Part shown: positions 11,483 to 22,296 of the stretch, piece after piece | Layout of the letters: each line of letters begins with the position of its first letter | Position numbering within the stretch: the stretch's first letter is position 1 | NCBI GenBank assembly: GCA_040754655.1 | Contig: JBFMCE010000023.1 | Coordinates: 1 to 42,768 of the forward strand | Direction: 5' to 3' | Length of the DNA stretch: 42,768 nt | Origin: Bdellovibrionota bacterium | GTDB lineage: Bacteria > Bdellovibrionota > UBA1018 > UBA923 | Translations under genes and position numbers: made by a program | The notes under the pieces: model-generated | The model's database searches: none | What the model saw: the letters and a program-made list of their open reading frames with translations, nothing else | Told to the model about the DNA's origin: nothing

Positions 11483-12835
11483 TCAGGTTCCGCTGATCGC
11501 TAGTTTTGAGATGAGGAGGCTAGGAGCTCCGACAGATCCCCAAAAACGCAGGTCAGAGCCTACGGCAGAGACTTGTTTGAGAAGGTCCAAGATATTGCCG
11601 GCAATGGCGAAGCCTTTGACAGGCCTTGAAAGTTTGCCATTTTCGATGAGTATCCCGCTGGCGCCGAAAGAAAACTCGCCCGTGATGGGGTTGGCCGTGT
11701 GCAGGCCCATTACGTCGGTGATCAGAATCCCCTTTTTGATCTCAGCGTGCAGTTTTTCAGGCGAGGTCTTTCCTTTAGCTAGGTACAAATTCGAGGGACC
11801 TACTCCGGGAGGCGACTTCAGGCTGCCCCGTCGGCTAGATGCGGTCGTGCGGGTTCGATGCTTTCTCGAATAATAAGAGTCATACAAAAAATTCGTCAGC
11901 AACCCTTGATCGACGAGTACGGTGGTCTGTGAAGGTACTCCCTCTCCGTCAAACGGGCTAGAGGCCACGCCCCCAGCCAAAAGCGCATCATCATAAATGG
12001 TGAGGTGGTCTGAGAAAACTTTCTCACCCTTCTTGCCTGCAAACAGAGAGAAGTTCTTATCGATGTTCTCTGCCGAAAACGAACCTGCCAAAAAACCCAA
12101 GAGTTCAGCAACGACATCGTTTCGCAAAACCACGGGGCAGTTCATCGTTGGAGCTTGGCCGGCTCCTAAGAGTTGAAGTGCGTTGCGTGCAGCATAGTCT
12201 GCTACTTCATCGGGCTGCAATTGATCGAGGAAGTTTGAATATTGCGCGTCTGAACCCATCTCAGCCGCGCCCTCGTGTTCAGCCACACAGGTAATGCGAT
12301 AACCAAAGAGGCTTGATTGGTGACGCACCTGCTCGCCTGAGCTGTCGACCATGATCGTCTCGCCCCAGCTTTCATCATAGCCTGCCTTGCGAACGCGCTT
12401 GATCTTCGAATTTTTTTGCAGTGCGTGATTTTCGAACTCACGCACTTTTTCTATTTTTGTTTCGAGGCGCTGTTCAAGTCCCTTGGTATCGAAACTTTCA
12501 ATGGAGGGATAAAGAACGCTTGAAAAACCTGACTTGCCTTCCCCAACCGAGCAAAGGTCGTTGAGCGGGTCTGAGGGCATCAGTGCAGCTACTTCCACAG
12601 CAAGAGCAATCGCTTTAGTTACCGCTTCAGGTCTGAGGTCAAAGGTGTAAGAGAATCCTAGTTTCTGGTCTTTTAAGACGCGTATGGCCAAACCTTGGTC
12701 GTTCGCTTTTGAAAGATGGTCTAGCTTTCCTTCCTTAATTTCGATAGAAAAATGAGAAGACTTTTCCCAATACAATTCGAATTTGTCGATTTCAGAAGAC
12801 TGAAGTTTTTGAACGCAGAATTCTAGGATTTCCAT
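11483..12835 (-). CDS. TldD/PmbA family protein (PmbA/TldE-like)
   Basis: GLAIRV, PFDGEGVP, NPITGEFS and IAGN; lacks the TldD HExxxH. Confidence 0.9.
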   Translation of the reverse strand: MEILEFCVQKLQSSEIDKFELYWEKSSHFSIEIKEGKLDHLSKANDQGLAIRVLKDQKLGFSYTFDLRPEAVTKAIALAVEVAALMPSDPLNDLCSVGEGKSGFSSVLYPSIESFDTKGLEQRLETKIEKVREFENHALQKNSKIKRVRKAGYDESWGETIMVDSSGEQVRHQSSLFGYRITCVAEHEGAAEMGSDAQYSNFLDQLQPDEVADYAARNALQLLGAGQAPTMNCPVVLRNDVVAELLGFLAGSFSAENIDKNFSLFAGKKGEKVFSDHLTIYDDALLAGGVASSPFDGEGVPSQTTVLVDQGLLTNFLYDSYYSRKHRTRTTASSRRGSLKSPPGVGPSNLYLAKGKTSPEKLHAEIKKGILITDVMGLHTANPITGEFSFGASGILIENGKLSRPVKGFAIAGNILDLLKQVSAVGSDLRFWGSVGAPSLLISKLAISGT

Positions 12836-12855
12836 AGGTTAGGCGCTAGCCTAAC

Positions 12856-12885
12856 TTTACATTGCGATATTTGTAAAGGTACAAT
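12856..12885 (+). promoter_or_regulatory. putative sigma70-type promoter of the prkA operon, overlapped by an inverted repeat
   Basis: TTTACA-18 bp-TACAAT; CTTTACA-N10-TGTAAAG palindrome at 12855-12878. Confidence 0.45.
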
Positions 12886-12945
12886 GGATCAAATTGCCCA
12901 AGTGTCTCAAATCTTGAGAAGACTTGGGTTCCAAGAGGAGAGAGC

Positions 12946-15045
12946 ATGTCTACATCAAAGGGCACGTCCGGAAATTCCCGACTCGATATATTGTCGATGG
13001 TCGGAAAGCTTGTCGATGCAGAAAACTACCGAGAATTCCATTGGGAAGGAAGTTTTCAAGAATACATCGACCTCGTAAAAACAGATCCTGCGATCACTCG
13101 CAATGCTTTTCAACGCATGTATGACATGATCTTGTCGTACGGCACCGACAGCTATACCGATTTCAAGAAAAACATCGTCCGCTACAAATTTTTCACGGAC
13201 CCCATCGACAATGGCAAAGACGCCATCTACGGGCTTGACGTTCCTTTGATGAAGTTGGTGCATTTTTTCAAGAGCGCGGCGTTTAATTATGGAACTGAAA
13301 AACGCGTATTGCTTTTGCATGGGCCCGTAGGAAGTTCGAAGTCGACGATCGCTCGGCTGTTAAAGAAGGGCCTTGAGCGCTACTCACGAACCGAATCCGG
13401 CAGGCTTTACACTTTCAAATGGGTCGATCCCGATAAAAAAATCCAGCATATCTTGGGAAGCCTCACCGAGTTCCCGGACCCGATGCACGATGAACCTTTG
13501 AAACTCTTGCCTGATGAAGTTCGCGAGGCGGTTTTCGAAGAGCTCAATCGCGGTAATAAGGGCCCTTATCGCATCGCCACTTACGGAGACCTAAGCCCTC
13601 CGAGCAGGTTGATCTATCGTGAACTCATGAAGTTCTATAACGGCGATTGGAAAAAAGTGATGGAGCACGTTCGCGTGAGCCGCTTGATTCTAAGCGAGCG
13701 CGACCGTGTAGGCATCGGCACGTTTCAGCCCAAAGACGAAAAGAACCAAGATTCAACTGAGCTCACGGGTGACGTCAACTATCGTAAGATCGCGGAGTAT
13801 GGTTCGGACTCAGATCCAAGGGCTTTCAACTTTGATGGAGAGTTCAACGTCGCTAACCGCGGTGTCGTGGAATTCATCGAGGTTTTGAAGCTCGATGTGG
13901 CGTTCTTGTATGACTTGCTAGGCGCTTCTCAAGAGCACAAGATCAAGCCTAAGAAGTTTCCTCAAACCGACATCGATGAAGTGATCATTGGTCACACCAA
14001 CGAACCTGAATTCAAAAAGCTTCAGAACAACGAATTCATGGAAGCGCTTCGCGACCGCACGGTGAAGATCGATGTTCCTTACATCACGAAGCTTAAAGAT
14101 GAGATCAGGATTTACGAGAAAGACTTCAATGCCAACAAGATACGCGGCAAACACATCGCCCCGCATACGATTGAAATGGCGGGCATGTGGGCGATCTTGA
14201 CCCGTCTTGAGCAACCCAAGAAGGCGAATTTGACATTGCTCCAAAAGTTGAAGCTCTACGACGGAAAAACGCTTGCAGGCTATACCGAAGACAATGTGAA
14301 GGAGCTGCGAAAGGAGGCCATTCGTGAAGGCTTGGAAGGGATCAGCCCCCGCTACATTCAAGACAAGATCTCGAATGCGCTTGTGAACGATAAGAACGGC
14401 GACATTGGTTGCGTGAATCCCTTCATGGTGCTCAATGAGCTTGATGGCGGCCTCAAACACCACGCCCTCATCTCAAACGATGAGAAACGGCGTGAATACC
14501 GCGAAATGCTGGCGGTCGTGAAGCAAGAGTACGAGGACATCGTCAAAAACGAAGTCCAGCGCGCGATCTCTGCTGACGAAGACGCCATCGCAAAACTCTG
14601 CGGCAACTACATCGATAACGTGAAGGCCTACACTCAACGCGAGAAGGTGAAGAACAAATACACGGGCCAAGATGAGGAACCCGATGAGAGGCTCATGCGT
14701 TCGATCGAAGAGAAGATCGATATTCCTGAGAGCAGAAAAGATGATTTCAGGCGTGAGATCATGAATTACATCGGCGCGCTTGCGATCGAAGGCCGTCAAT
14801 TTGACTACAAGACCAACGAGCGTTTGCACAAGGCGCTTGAGCTCAAGCTTTTTGAAGATCAAAAAGACTCCATCAAGCTCACGAGCCTGGTATCGAATGT
14901 GGTTGATCGCGCTACGCAAGAGAAGATCGATGTCGTGAAGAGCCGGATGATCAAGAACTACGGTTATTGCGAGATCTGCTCGACAGACGTTCTCAATTAC
15001 GTGGCGAGTATCTTTGCCAGAGGCGATGTCAAACGGAGAGGTTGA
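12946..15045 (+). CDS. prkA: PrkA/YeaG-family AAA+ serine protein kinase
   Basis: [13 protein letters not shown]alker [40 protein letters not shown]. Confidence 0.95.
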   Translation: MSTSKGTSGNSRLDILSMVGKLVDAENYREFHWEGSFQEYIDLVKTDPAITRNAFQRMYDMILSYGTDSYTDFKKNIVRYKFFTDPIDNGKDAIYGLDVPLMKLVHFFKSAAFNYGTEKRVLLLHGPVGSSKSTIARLLKKGLERYSRTESGRLYTFKWVDPDKKIQHILGSLTEFPDPMHDEPLKLLPDEVREAVFEELNRGNKGPYRIATYGDLSPPSRLIYRELMKFYNGDWKKVMEHVRVSRLILSERDRVGIGTFQPKDEKNQDSTELTGDVNYRKIAEYGSDSDPRAFNFDGEFNVANRGVVEFIEVLKLDVAFLYDLLGASQEHKIKPKKFPQTDIDEVIIGHTNEPEFKKLQNNEFMEALRDRTVKIDVPYITKLKDEIRIYEKDFNANKIRGKHIAPHTIEMAGMWAILTRLEQPKKANLTLLQKLKLYDGKTLAGYTEDNVKELRKEAIREGLEGISPRYIQDKISNALVNDKNGDIGCVNPFMVLNELDGGLKHHALISNDEKRREYREMLAVVKQEYEDIVKNEVQRAISADEDAIAKLCGNYIDNVKAYTQREKVKNKYTGQDEEPDERLMRSIEEKIDIPESRKDDFRREIMNYIGALAIEGRQFDYKTNERLHKALELKLFEDQKDSIKLTSLVSNVVDRATQEKIDVVKSRMIKNYGYCEICSTDVLNYVASIFARGDVKRRG

Positions 15046-15051
15046 TGGTAG

Positions 15052-15174
15052 GTAGATCGTTGAGATCGCCTTTAGGCAAGGCCGCAGGAGGTGAGCAAGG
15101 GAAGCGTATGCAAAAATACGCTGTACTGAGCTCGCCGACGAGAACGCAGCATAAAGGCGATATCGACTATCTAC
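15052..15174. repeat. 123-bp palindromic MITE/RPE-like element
   Basis: 23-bp imperfect terminal inverted repeats (15052-15074 and 15152-15174, 20/23 match). Nested stems GGTGAGC/GCTCGCC and AGCGTAT/ATACGCT. Confidence 0.75.
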
Positions 15175-15190
15175 AACCAAGGGGGAGCTG

Positions 15191-16306
15191 TTGATCTATT
15201 CCATCAAGCGTGATCATGCCCGTTTTCGAAACATCGTAAAGGGCAAGATCAAGAACGATCTTAAAAAGTACATCGTTCATGGCGAGATGCTTGGGCGAAA
15301 GGGAAAAGACGTCGTTACTATTCCCCTTCCGCAGATTGATATCCCGCACTTCAAGTTCGGAGACAAAGAAAAGGGCGGGGTCGGTCAGGGGGAAGGAAAG
15401 CCTGGCGACTCGATAGGGCAAGGTCAACCTCAAGAAGGCGAAGGGCAAGGTCAGGCTGGGAACAATTCAGGCGAACATGCTCTCGAAGTGGATATTTCGC
15501 TTCAAGAGTTGGCCGAGATCCTTGGCGAAGAGCTGCACTTGCCAAAGATCGAGCCTCGGGGCCACAAGACGGTGCGGGTCGTGAAAGACAAGTACACGGG
15601 CATCGCGCGAGTGGGGCCAGACTCTTTAAGGCATTTCAAGCGCTCTTATAAAGAGGCTCTTAAACGGCAGATCTCGACGGGTTCTTACAACCCGAACAAA
15701 CCCTTTGTAGTTCCGATCAGGCGCGATCTTCGTTATCGAAGTTGGCGCTCGGTGGTCGAACACGAGAACAATGCGGTCATCATTTATATGATGGACGTCT
15801 CTGGATCGATGGGCGATGAGCAAAAAGAAATCGTGCGAACCGAAGCTTTCTGGATCGATACGTGGCTGAGAAGCCAATACAAGGGCATCGAGACGCGTTT
15901 CATCATTCATGATGCCACCGCCAAGGAAGTCGACGAAGATACGTTTTATAAGACGAGAGAGAGCGGCGGTACGCTCATCTCAAGCGCTTATAAGCTTTGT
16001 CAGAAGATCATCGAGACAGACTATGCGCCGAGTGAATGGAATATTTACCCATTCCATTTCTCAGATGGCGACAACTGGTCGGGTGAAGACACCAGGCTTT
16101 GCATGGATCTTCTGAAAAACGACATTCTTTCGAAGGTGAATGTTTTTTGTTACGGCCAAGTCGAGAGTCGTTATGGCAGCGGGCAATTTTACAAGGATTT
16201 GCGCGAAAGCTTTGGCGAAGACGATGACAAGGTCATTCTCTCGAAAATCGAAAATAAAGAGGGAATCATTCAGAGTATCAAAGATTTCCTGGGGAAGGGT
16301 AAATGA
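15191..16306 (+). CDS. yeaH: YeaH/YhbH (DUF444) family protein
   Basis: Gly/Gln-rich linker, [13 protein letters not shown] and HFSDGDNW; canonical position between prkA and spoVR. Confidence 0.93.
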   Translation: MIYSIKRDHARFRNIVKGKIKNDLKKYIVHGEMLGRKGKDVVTIPLPQIDIPHFKFGDKEKGGVGQGEGKPGDSIGQGQPQEGEGQGQAGNNSGEHALEVDISLQELAEILGEELHLPKIEPRGHKTVRVVKDKYTGIARVGPDSLRHFKRSYKEALKRQISTGSYNPNKPFVVPIRRDLRYRSWRSVVEHENNAVIIYMMDVSGSMGDEQKEIVRTEAFWIDTWLRSQYKGIETRFIIHDATAKEVDEDTFYKTRESGGTLISSAYKLCQKIIETDYAPSEWNIYPFHFSDGDNWSGEDTRLCMDLLKNDILSKVNVFCYGQVESRYGSGQFYKDLRESFGEDDDKVILSKIENKEGIIQSIKDFLGKGK

Positions 16307-17781
16307 GCCTGCCGTTGGAATTGGCGAAGCTTCGCGATGAAGTCAGGGGATATGCGGTTGAGTTCGGGCTAGATTTTTTCGAGACCGTTTTTGAATTGCT
16401 CGACTATGACCAGATCAATGCCGTCGCATCATTGGGGGGATTTCCGGTGCGGTACCCTCACTGGCGATTCGGCATGGAGTACGATCAGCTCTCGAAGACC
16501 TACACCTATGGATTGCAGAAGATCTATGAATTGGTGATCAACAACGATCCTTCTTACGCGTATCTGATGAAATCAAACAACTTGGTGGATCAGAAGCTTG
16601 TGATGGCCCACGTTTACGGGCACGTTGATTTCTTCAAGAACAATTACTGGTTTTCCAAGACCAACCGCAAGATGATCGACACGATGGCCAATCACGCGGT
16701 CAGGATACGCGAGTACATGGAAAAGTATGGCGTTGATCGGGTCGAGAATTTCATCGACCGCTGTTTGTCGATCGAGAACTTGATCGATCCCTTTCTCCCA
16801 TTCACTGCCTCGAAGCGGAAGGCTGAAGAGAACGGAGAAGATGAAAAGTCGCGCGAAGTGGGTCGGCTTAAGGTGAGTCGCGGCTATATGGACAGCTTCA
16901 TCAATCCGCCTGAGTTCATCGCCGAGCAAAAGAGAAAGATGGTGCACGAAGAAGAGAAGTCGAAGCGCATGCCCAATTCCCCGCAAAAAGACGTGCTCTT
17001 GTTTCTTGCAGAGCATGCTCCTCTTGAGACCTGGGAGAATGATATCCTCGCCATGATTCGGGATGAAGCGTATTATTACGCCCCGCAGTGGCAGACCAAG
17101 ATTTTGAATGAAGGTTGGGCTTCTTTCTGGCATTCGCGCATCATGACCACTCGGGCGCTCAAAGACAGCGAAGTGATTGATTACGCCGACCACCATTCAG
17201 GCACGCTCGCGATGCAGCCCGGAAGGCTTAATCCTTATAAGGTTGGCATCGAGCTTCTGCGCGATATCGAAGACCGTTGGAACAAGGGAAAGTTTGGGAA
17301 AGAGTACGATGAGTGCGACGACCTTGTCGCGAAAAAGAGCTGGGATAAGAAGCTGGGCAAAGGGCGGGAGAAGATCTTTGAAGTGCGCAGAGTGTGCAAT
17401 GACGTGACCTTCATTGACGAGTATCTGACCCCTGAGTTTTGCGAGCGTTATAAGCTGTACACCTACCATTTCAACCGACGCACGAATCAGTACGAGATCG
17501 CCGACAGGGATTTCAAAAAGATCAAAGAGAAGATGCTGTTTGGGCTCACGAACATGGGCCAACCCTTCATCTATGTCGCTGATGGCAATTATTTGAACAA
17601 GGGCGAGCTCTTGCTTCTGCACAAGCACCAGGGTGTCGACTTAGACCAGCGCTATACGCGAGAGACATTGAAGAACGTGGCCGAGATCTGGAGAAGGCCA
17701 GTGAACATTGAAACGGAAGTCGATGGTCAGCGCAAACTCTACTCGTTCGGAAACGGCGAGTTCTCAGAGAAGTTCCTCTAA
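16303..17781 (+). CDS. spoVR: SpoVR/YcgB family protein
   Basis: [41 protein letters not shown] and NPY; ATGA overlap with yeaH. Confidence 0.95.
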   Translation: MSLPLELAKLRDEVRGYAVEFGLDFFETVFELLDYDQINAVASLGGFPVRYPHWRFGMEYDQLSKTYTYGLQKIYELVINNDPSYAYLMKSNNLVDQKLVMAHVYGHVDFFKNNYWFSKTNRKMIDTMANHAVRIREYMEKYGVDRVENFIDRCLSIENLIDPFLPFTASKRKAEENGEDEKSREVGRLKVSRGYMDSFINPPEFIAEQKRKMVHEEEKSKRMPNSPQKDVLLFLAEHAPLETWENDILAMIRDEAYYYAPQWQTKILNEGWASFWHSRIMTTRALKDSEVIDYADHHSGTLAMQPGRLNPYKVGIELLRDIEDRWNKGKFGKEYDECDDLVAKKSWDKKLGKGREKIFEVRRVCNDVTFIDEYLTPEFCERYKLYTYHFNRRTNQYEIADRDFKKIKEKMLFGLTNMGQPFIYVADGNYLNKGELLLLHKHQGVDLDQRYTRETLKNVAEIWRRPVNIETEVDGQRKLYSFGNGEFSEKFL

Positions 17782-17797
17782 CCCGAAAAAAGCGAGC

Positions 17798-19156
17798 TCA
17801 CCTCGAGAGCGCGCGTCGAAGCGGCAAAATATAGGTGTCTCGAATCGATTCCAACCTTTGACCCAGCGCTTTTCTATCAAGCAGATGGCCTTTGACGTCT
17901 GAATGGGTGATTTCAACTCCTATCGACTCCTGGGTGGGCGACGTGATCAAAACAATAGGTTTTCCCGCCGGAGAATCTGCAAACGGGGTCGAAACCATGA
18001 AGCCCCGGCCATATTCAAGTCCATCAATAGAGCTCTCGATTTGTTTTAAGGCGAGGTCCGCAAACTCAATCGCACGCAGCCTTTGGGTGTCTGCAATTCC
18101 AAAAAAGTGCCTTGCAAGGTCTTCCAGCGTCGAGCTGCGCTGGGCGATCGCATGTTCTTTGATCAGGGCTGCCGCTTTTTCCAGTCTTTGGAATTCCTTG
18201 AAGTACATCAGGCCTTCTTCGATCAAATGGTATCGCGCATAGAGCCGGTTCAGGTCGGGTTCCTTGAAGACATCATCGCGCGGTGATTTGATTTCCACGT
18301 GAGGCCAAACGCCGGGCACTTGTTCTTGACGACCCCAGTACTGTTGGTAATGACCCACTTCATGAAAGACGTTGCCAGAGGGCGCAAGTTGCAAGTGGTG
18401 GAAGTCCGATCGTAGCAAGAAAATCGCGGGCTCTCGGTTCCTTGTCGAAGTTCGTAACGATGAACTAAAGGCGGGATTCATTTGGCGCGTGTCCCAAATC
18501 AAGAGCGTAGGTCTGGATTGCGCAGACAGAGTGGTCGCAAGTTCAGTGATCCAAGGTCGTGGCTTTACCTCGGCCGATTCCGGTTGAAAGGGTTCGATGT
18601 GAACCTGGAAGTCGACATAAGGCGTGATGGTGTCGAGCTCGTTGCGCGATCGAGTAGCGATTGTCGCTAAAGCCTCTTCGACATAAGCCAAATATTGTCG
18701 TTTTGAAGGTGGATCAAAGGGTTTAAGGGGGAGTGTCTTGATCACAGCCGTCGCAGCCACTCCCGTCAAATTGAGATAGCGAGCCATGTAAAACAAGAGA
18801 TCGCGATGTGCATGAAAGTCGGTTGGGTTTTTATGGATGGTTTCTTGCAGGGTTGTGATCTTGGCAGGCAGCTCAAAGATGGCCGTGCTTGAGTCTTTGG
18901 AATTGGGTAGTCTTGCTTCGAATTGAAATTGGAGTTCTTTGGGTGGAGCGATGCCATGTCTTATCAATGCATCGTAGCCTAATAGGTAAAGTTCACAGGT
19001 CAGAGGAGCCAAGGTTCTTGGCGAAGCCATGCCGAGGCCTTGCGTAAGAACCAAGAGACCGCAAAGAACTGCAAATAGTGAAATGAACTTTCGGATGGAC
19101 TTAAGCCCAAACCCAGCGATCAAAACTACCCTCCTCGGACCAGCGACGCCTAACAT
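17798..19156 (-). CDS. secreted hypothetical protein with HExxH motif (possible zinc metallopeptidase); start uncertain
   Basis: Signal-like segment ending GMA-S; VFHEVGH followed downstream by HLIEEG. Confidence 0.6.
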   Translation of the reverse strand: MLGVAGPRRVVLIAGFGLKSIRKFISLFAVLCGLLVLTQGLGMASPRTLAPLTCELYLLGYDALIRHGIAPPKELQFQFEARLPNSKDSSTAIFELPAKITTLQETIHKNPTDFHAHRDLLFYMARYLNLTGVAATAVIKTLPLKPFDPPSKRQYLAYVEEALATIATRSRNELDTITPYVDFQVHIEPFQPESAEVKPRPWITELATTLSAQSRPTLLIWDTRQMNPAFSSSLRTSTRNREPAIFLLRSDFHHLQLAPSGNVFHEVGHYQQYWGRQEQVPGVWPHVEIKSPRDDVFKEPDLNRLYARYHLIEEGLMYFKEFQRLEKAAALIKEHAIAQRSSTLEDLARHFFGIADTQRLRAIEFADLALKQIESSIDGLEYGRGFMVSTPFADSPAGKPIVLITSPTQESIGVEITHSDVKGHLLDRKALGQRLESIRDTYILPLRRALSR

Positions 19157-19213
19157 GCTGCCCCGGGTCAGACAAGGGTGGTTGTTCGAGGTTTTTCATC
19201 CTGCAACAGCTTC

Positions 19214-20251
19214 TTAGGCTTTGAAGTGAGCGGGAAGGGGGGCAAAAATCCCTTGATGAAAGGCCTTTTCTTCTTCTGAAGAGAGCCAGAGGGCGTGTAA
19301 AAAGAAACCGCGCTCAGGCAATAAAGACTCATTAGGGCGCAAGTTTGGTTGTAGCGTGGATGAGCACTTTGAAAAAAGCTGTTTTGTTTCAGTTGAGAGT
19401 TTTTCTGAACGCTCTGCTAGCCCTTTGAGCGGATTTGAAGAGGACGAGTAGACTTGGTCTTTCAAAACAGCATGCCCAAGAGCTGCAAGCGTTGCACGAA
19501 TCTGGTGGGTAACGCCCGTATGAATTTGCGCCAATACAAGCGTCGAAGGACCGTATGCGGTGTTCACGCCGTAAAGAGAGCGAAACGAAGTTTCGGCCGG
19601 CCAGGAGCGCAAGCCGCGTGGCTCTATGACCGACGCGATCATGCGTTTCTTTGACTTTTCGCTGTGTGATAAAAAAAAGCAAATGCGTTTTTCGATCTCA
19701 AGATTTCCTTCGACCCAAGCCAAATAAACTTTTTTAATTCCCTGTTTTTTCCAAACCTCCTTGAGCCTGCGCCGAGCGGCAAGACTGCGCGCACAGACGA
19801 GAAGCCCGGAAGTGCCGGTATCGATGCGATGTGCGAGAAGGCCTTCGAGCGGGCGCGTGGGATCCGCGGTTTGCAAGGTTTCTGGATATCGTGCGCCCAA
19901 CGCTTGAAGTGCCGTATCAGTCTCGGTGGGTTTGAGCGGATGCGCGCTCATGCCCGCAGGTTTATTGATGACGATGAAGTCTTCTGTTTTGATGACGATC
20001 TCTGGCGTGAGGCGTGGATTTGGCACGAGTTTGAGCTGTTCTTGTTTGAAGACATCGAGCGCGATCACTTCAAGTTTATCACCTGTGCTAAGTGGGGCCA
20101 AGCGAGCGACGGGTCTTTGGTTCAGTCGCACTTGATCGTTGCGGAAGGCTTTTTTGAGGGCTGAACGAGGACCAAGTTTTGCGTGGCGCAAAAGATAGTG
20201 TTCGACCGTTGAATTCGCGTTTTCTTCCTCAATGATAAAGTGGTGAGCCAT
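19214..20251 (-). CDS. RluA/RluD-family pseudouridine synthase with S4-like N-terminus
   Basis: INKPAG, HRIDTGTSG (catalytic Asp), TGVTHQIR and FLHA; start set to ATG 20251. Confidence 0.92.
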   Translation of the reverse strand: MAHHFIIEEENANSTVEHYLLRHAKLGPRSALKKAFRNDQVRLNQRPVARLAPLSTGDKLEVIALDVFKQEQLKLVPNPRLTPEIVIKTEDFIVINKPAGMSAHPLKPTETDTALQALGARYPETLQTADPTRPLEGLLAHRIDTGTSGLLVCARSLAARRRLKEVWKKQGIKKVYLAWVEGNLEIEKRICFFLSHSEKSKKRMIASVIEPRGLRSWPAETSFRSLYGVNTAYGPSTLVLAQIHTGVTHQIRATLAALGHAVLKDQVYSSSSNPLKGLAERSEKLSTETKQLFSKCSSTLQPNLRPNESLLPERGFFLHALWLSSEEEKAFHQGIFAPLPAHFKA

Positions 20252-20310
20252 AAGTTGCCGCAGTCTGTTCGAAGTTTCGCCGACGACCGTACATTGAATT
20301 GCGCTTTCGA

Positions 20311-22296
20311 TCAAGGCTCGGTCGGGTCAAAGCATCCACCGCCGCCAGCTTGATTCGGAATCGCGCGGGGAAGCGCGCGGATCGACTGAGCAGGATTACC
20401 GGGCGGGTTGTCTCGCGGAGGATTGAAGGCAGCGTTTCTGCCCGCTGGAGTGATGCCTCCGCCTTGCGGTACGCAATTGGGTCCTGAGCAGATCTGGCAA
20501 CATCCAGCCGCTGGCGTATTCAGAGCGCTTGAAGTGGGATTGTAGCTGCGTGAGCATGCGTAAGTGCGGTTGGTCTTGATCGCAGCCGCTTCGGCAGCGA
20601 GATCACAAGAGCCTGGTGCCTTGTCAAAGGGGTCGCCGCCCGGCGGCTGCAAGATCGATCCCACGGCAGGATAGTGTCTTGCGCAATAAAAATCATTGGG
20701 ACCCGTTGCCGTCGGGTTGACCGTATCATCGTGCGAAAGAATGATCTCAGGGTCAACGGGTGTTGAGGAACGGAACGCGCACGCCCGAAAGGAAGTGTTC
20801 TCAAGATAATGCGGCAAGAACGGGCGAAATGGCCTGATCACCAGAGTGCCGTCGTTGCGCAGATACTGGTTTGGCACGGGCGGATAGATCGGACAGCCTG
20901 AATTGCCGCTGATCTGCGTGCCATCGATATTCCAGCCGGCCAGTGCTGCATCAGTTGAGCAGCGCTGGCCGAATTGAGCGGTCCGAAAACTAAACGGACA
21001 AGGTTTAGGTCCCAAACGCGTGATGGGTCTTTGCGAGGGTTGGCCTCCGCCGTTGACCGGACGATCAAGCACGTAAACCTGGTTGAAGGGTTGCGATCGG
21101 TCTTTGATCGAACCATCTGCATCAAACCGAATGGGATAAAGCGCCGTGTATTGCCGTAAGCGGAAGGTTTGGAGGATCCTTCCAGAAGAATCCGTGAATA
21201 TGGGGCAAGTGCCATCGGCCAGGGGTCTTGCGGCATATCCCAAGATATTGCCGGGCTGGTTGTTTTGACCCGCGCTCGCAATTGGAATCACAGTCTGAGC
21301 CGCCACCGGAATTGAAAAGTCGCGATTTGATTGAAGAGCCAGCGCAAACGTGCTGTCCATCGGATAGAAGCTTGGCGATCCGTTGACGTTGACCTGAGGG
21401 CAGGTGAAAGACGCATTGCCGGCGTTGATGCTTCCGGTTTCGTTTGAGCGAACATAGAAGTCATAATAATAACTTTGCGCGCTAAAGCTCGTGGGGCCGG
21501 TTCCTCCGCCTAAACTAAACTCATTTGCAATGCTCACGAAGTTCGATGGCCTATTCTGAAGCGGGGAGGGGCGTTGCACGACCAGGTGGCTGATCGTGAG
21601 GTTCTTTTGAAATTTGTCATAACAGACGTAGTGAAAGATGTTCCGAAACGATCTGCCCTCGGAGTCGCGAAAATCACCTGTTGAAGTGATGGGGGCCTTT
21701 GTAAAGCCCAGTTCATTTGTAGTAAATCCCGTGTTGTTGCCACGAGCCGTATTGGGAACGAGCCGAATCCGAAGCACAACGCCATCGGCGATCTCAGTGT
21801 CCCACACATCAGGGCCCGGGCATTCGACGTTGAAGGTCGTGACTTGAGTAGGTTCAGTTTCGACAACGCGCCTGATGACGCTAGAGTCGCTGGTATTGGT
21901 TTCGTCCCAGGCAAAACGGCATTTGCAGCTTTTCGCAGGATCAGTATTGCTTCCGCTGCCTTGTACTTGGCAGACATCTCTTAGAGTAGTGTTCTGGCTA
22001 AGAGCGCTGAAAATTAGTGTAAACGCGGGTGCCTGCGACTGTGGAGCAGCGGCAGGAGAAGCCTGGGGTGACGGAGTAGGCGAGGCCGCCGTAACCGTAA
22101 TGTTGGAAAGCGTGAAGCTTGGGCCATTGGTGCTGCTTGAGGGAGCACCTGAGGGCCTTGCACCTGGTGAAGTAGTGCTCGATGAACCTCCGGCACCCAC
22201 GCCACTTGTGCCCGTGTTTTTACACGCCGTCACAACAGAGCCCACCCCAAAAATCACCATCCAAAGCATGAGATTTGAAAGTGTTGCTTTCATCAT
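20311..22296 (-). CDS. large Cys-rich lipoprotein B
   Basis: ATG 22296 overlaps the upstream stop (ATGA). Lipobox VTA-C, Ser/Gly/Pro linker, many Cys. Confidence 0.8.
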   Translation of the reverse strand: MMKATLSNLMLWMVIFGVGSVVTACKNTGTSGVGAGGSSSTTSPGARPSGAPSSSTNGPSFTLSNITVTAASPTPSPQASPAAAPQSQAPAFTLIFSALSQNTTLRDVCQVQGSGSNTDPAKSCKCRFAWDETNTSDSSVIRRVVETEPTQVTTFNVECPGPDVWDTEIADGVVLRIRLVPNTARGNNTGFTTNELGFTKAPITSTGDFRDSEGRSFRNIFHYVCYDKFQKNLTISHLVVQRPSPLQNRPSNFVSIANEFSLGGGTGPTSFSAQSYYYDFYVRSNETGSINAGNASFTCPQVNVNGSPSFYPMDSTFALALQSNRDFSIPVAAQTVIPIASAGQNNQPGNILGYAARPLADGTCPIFTDSSGRILQTFRLRQYTALYPIRFDADGSIKDRSQPFNQVYVLDRPVNGGGQPSQRPITRLGPKPCPFSFRTAQFGQRCSTDAALAGWNIDGTQISGNSGCPIYPPVPNQYLRNDGTLVIRPFRPFLPHYLENTSFRACAFRSSTPVDPEIILSHDDTVNPTATGPNDFYCARHYPAVGSILQPPGGDPFDKAPGSCDLAAEAAAIKTNRTYACSRSYNPTSSALNTPAAGCCQICSGPNCVPQGGGITPAGRNAAFNPPRDNPPGNPAQSIRALPRAIPNQAGGGGCFDPTEP

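Noticed and set aside
13918..17628. Long antisense ORFs (e.g. 14473-15180, 16573-17196; likewise inside secA, the ACAD and the lipoproteins)
   Set aside because: They are shadow frames of conserved, codon-biased genes and show no motifs.
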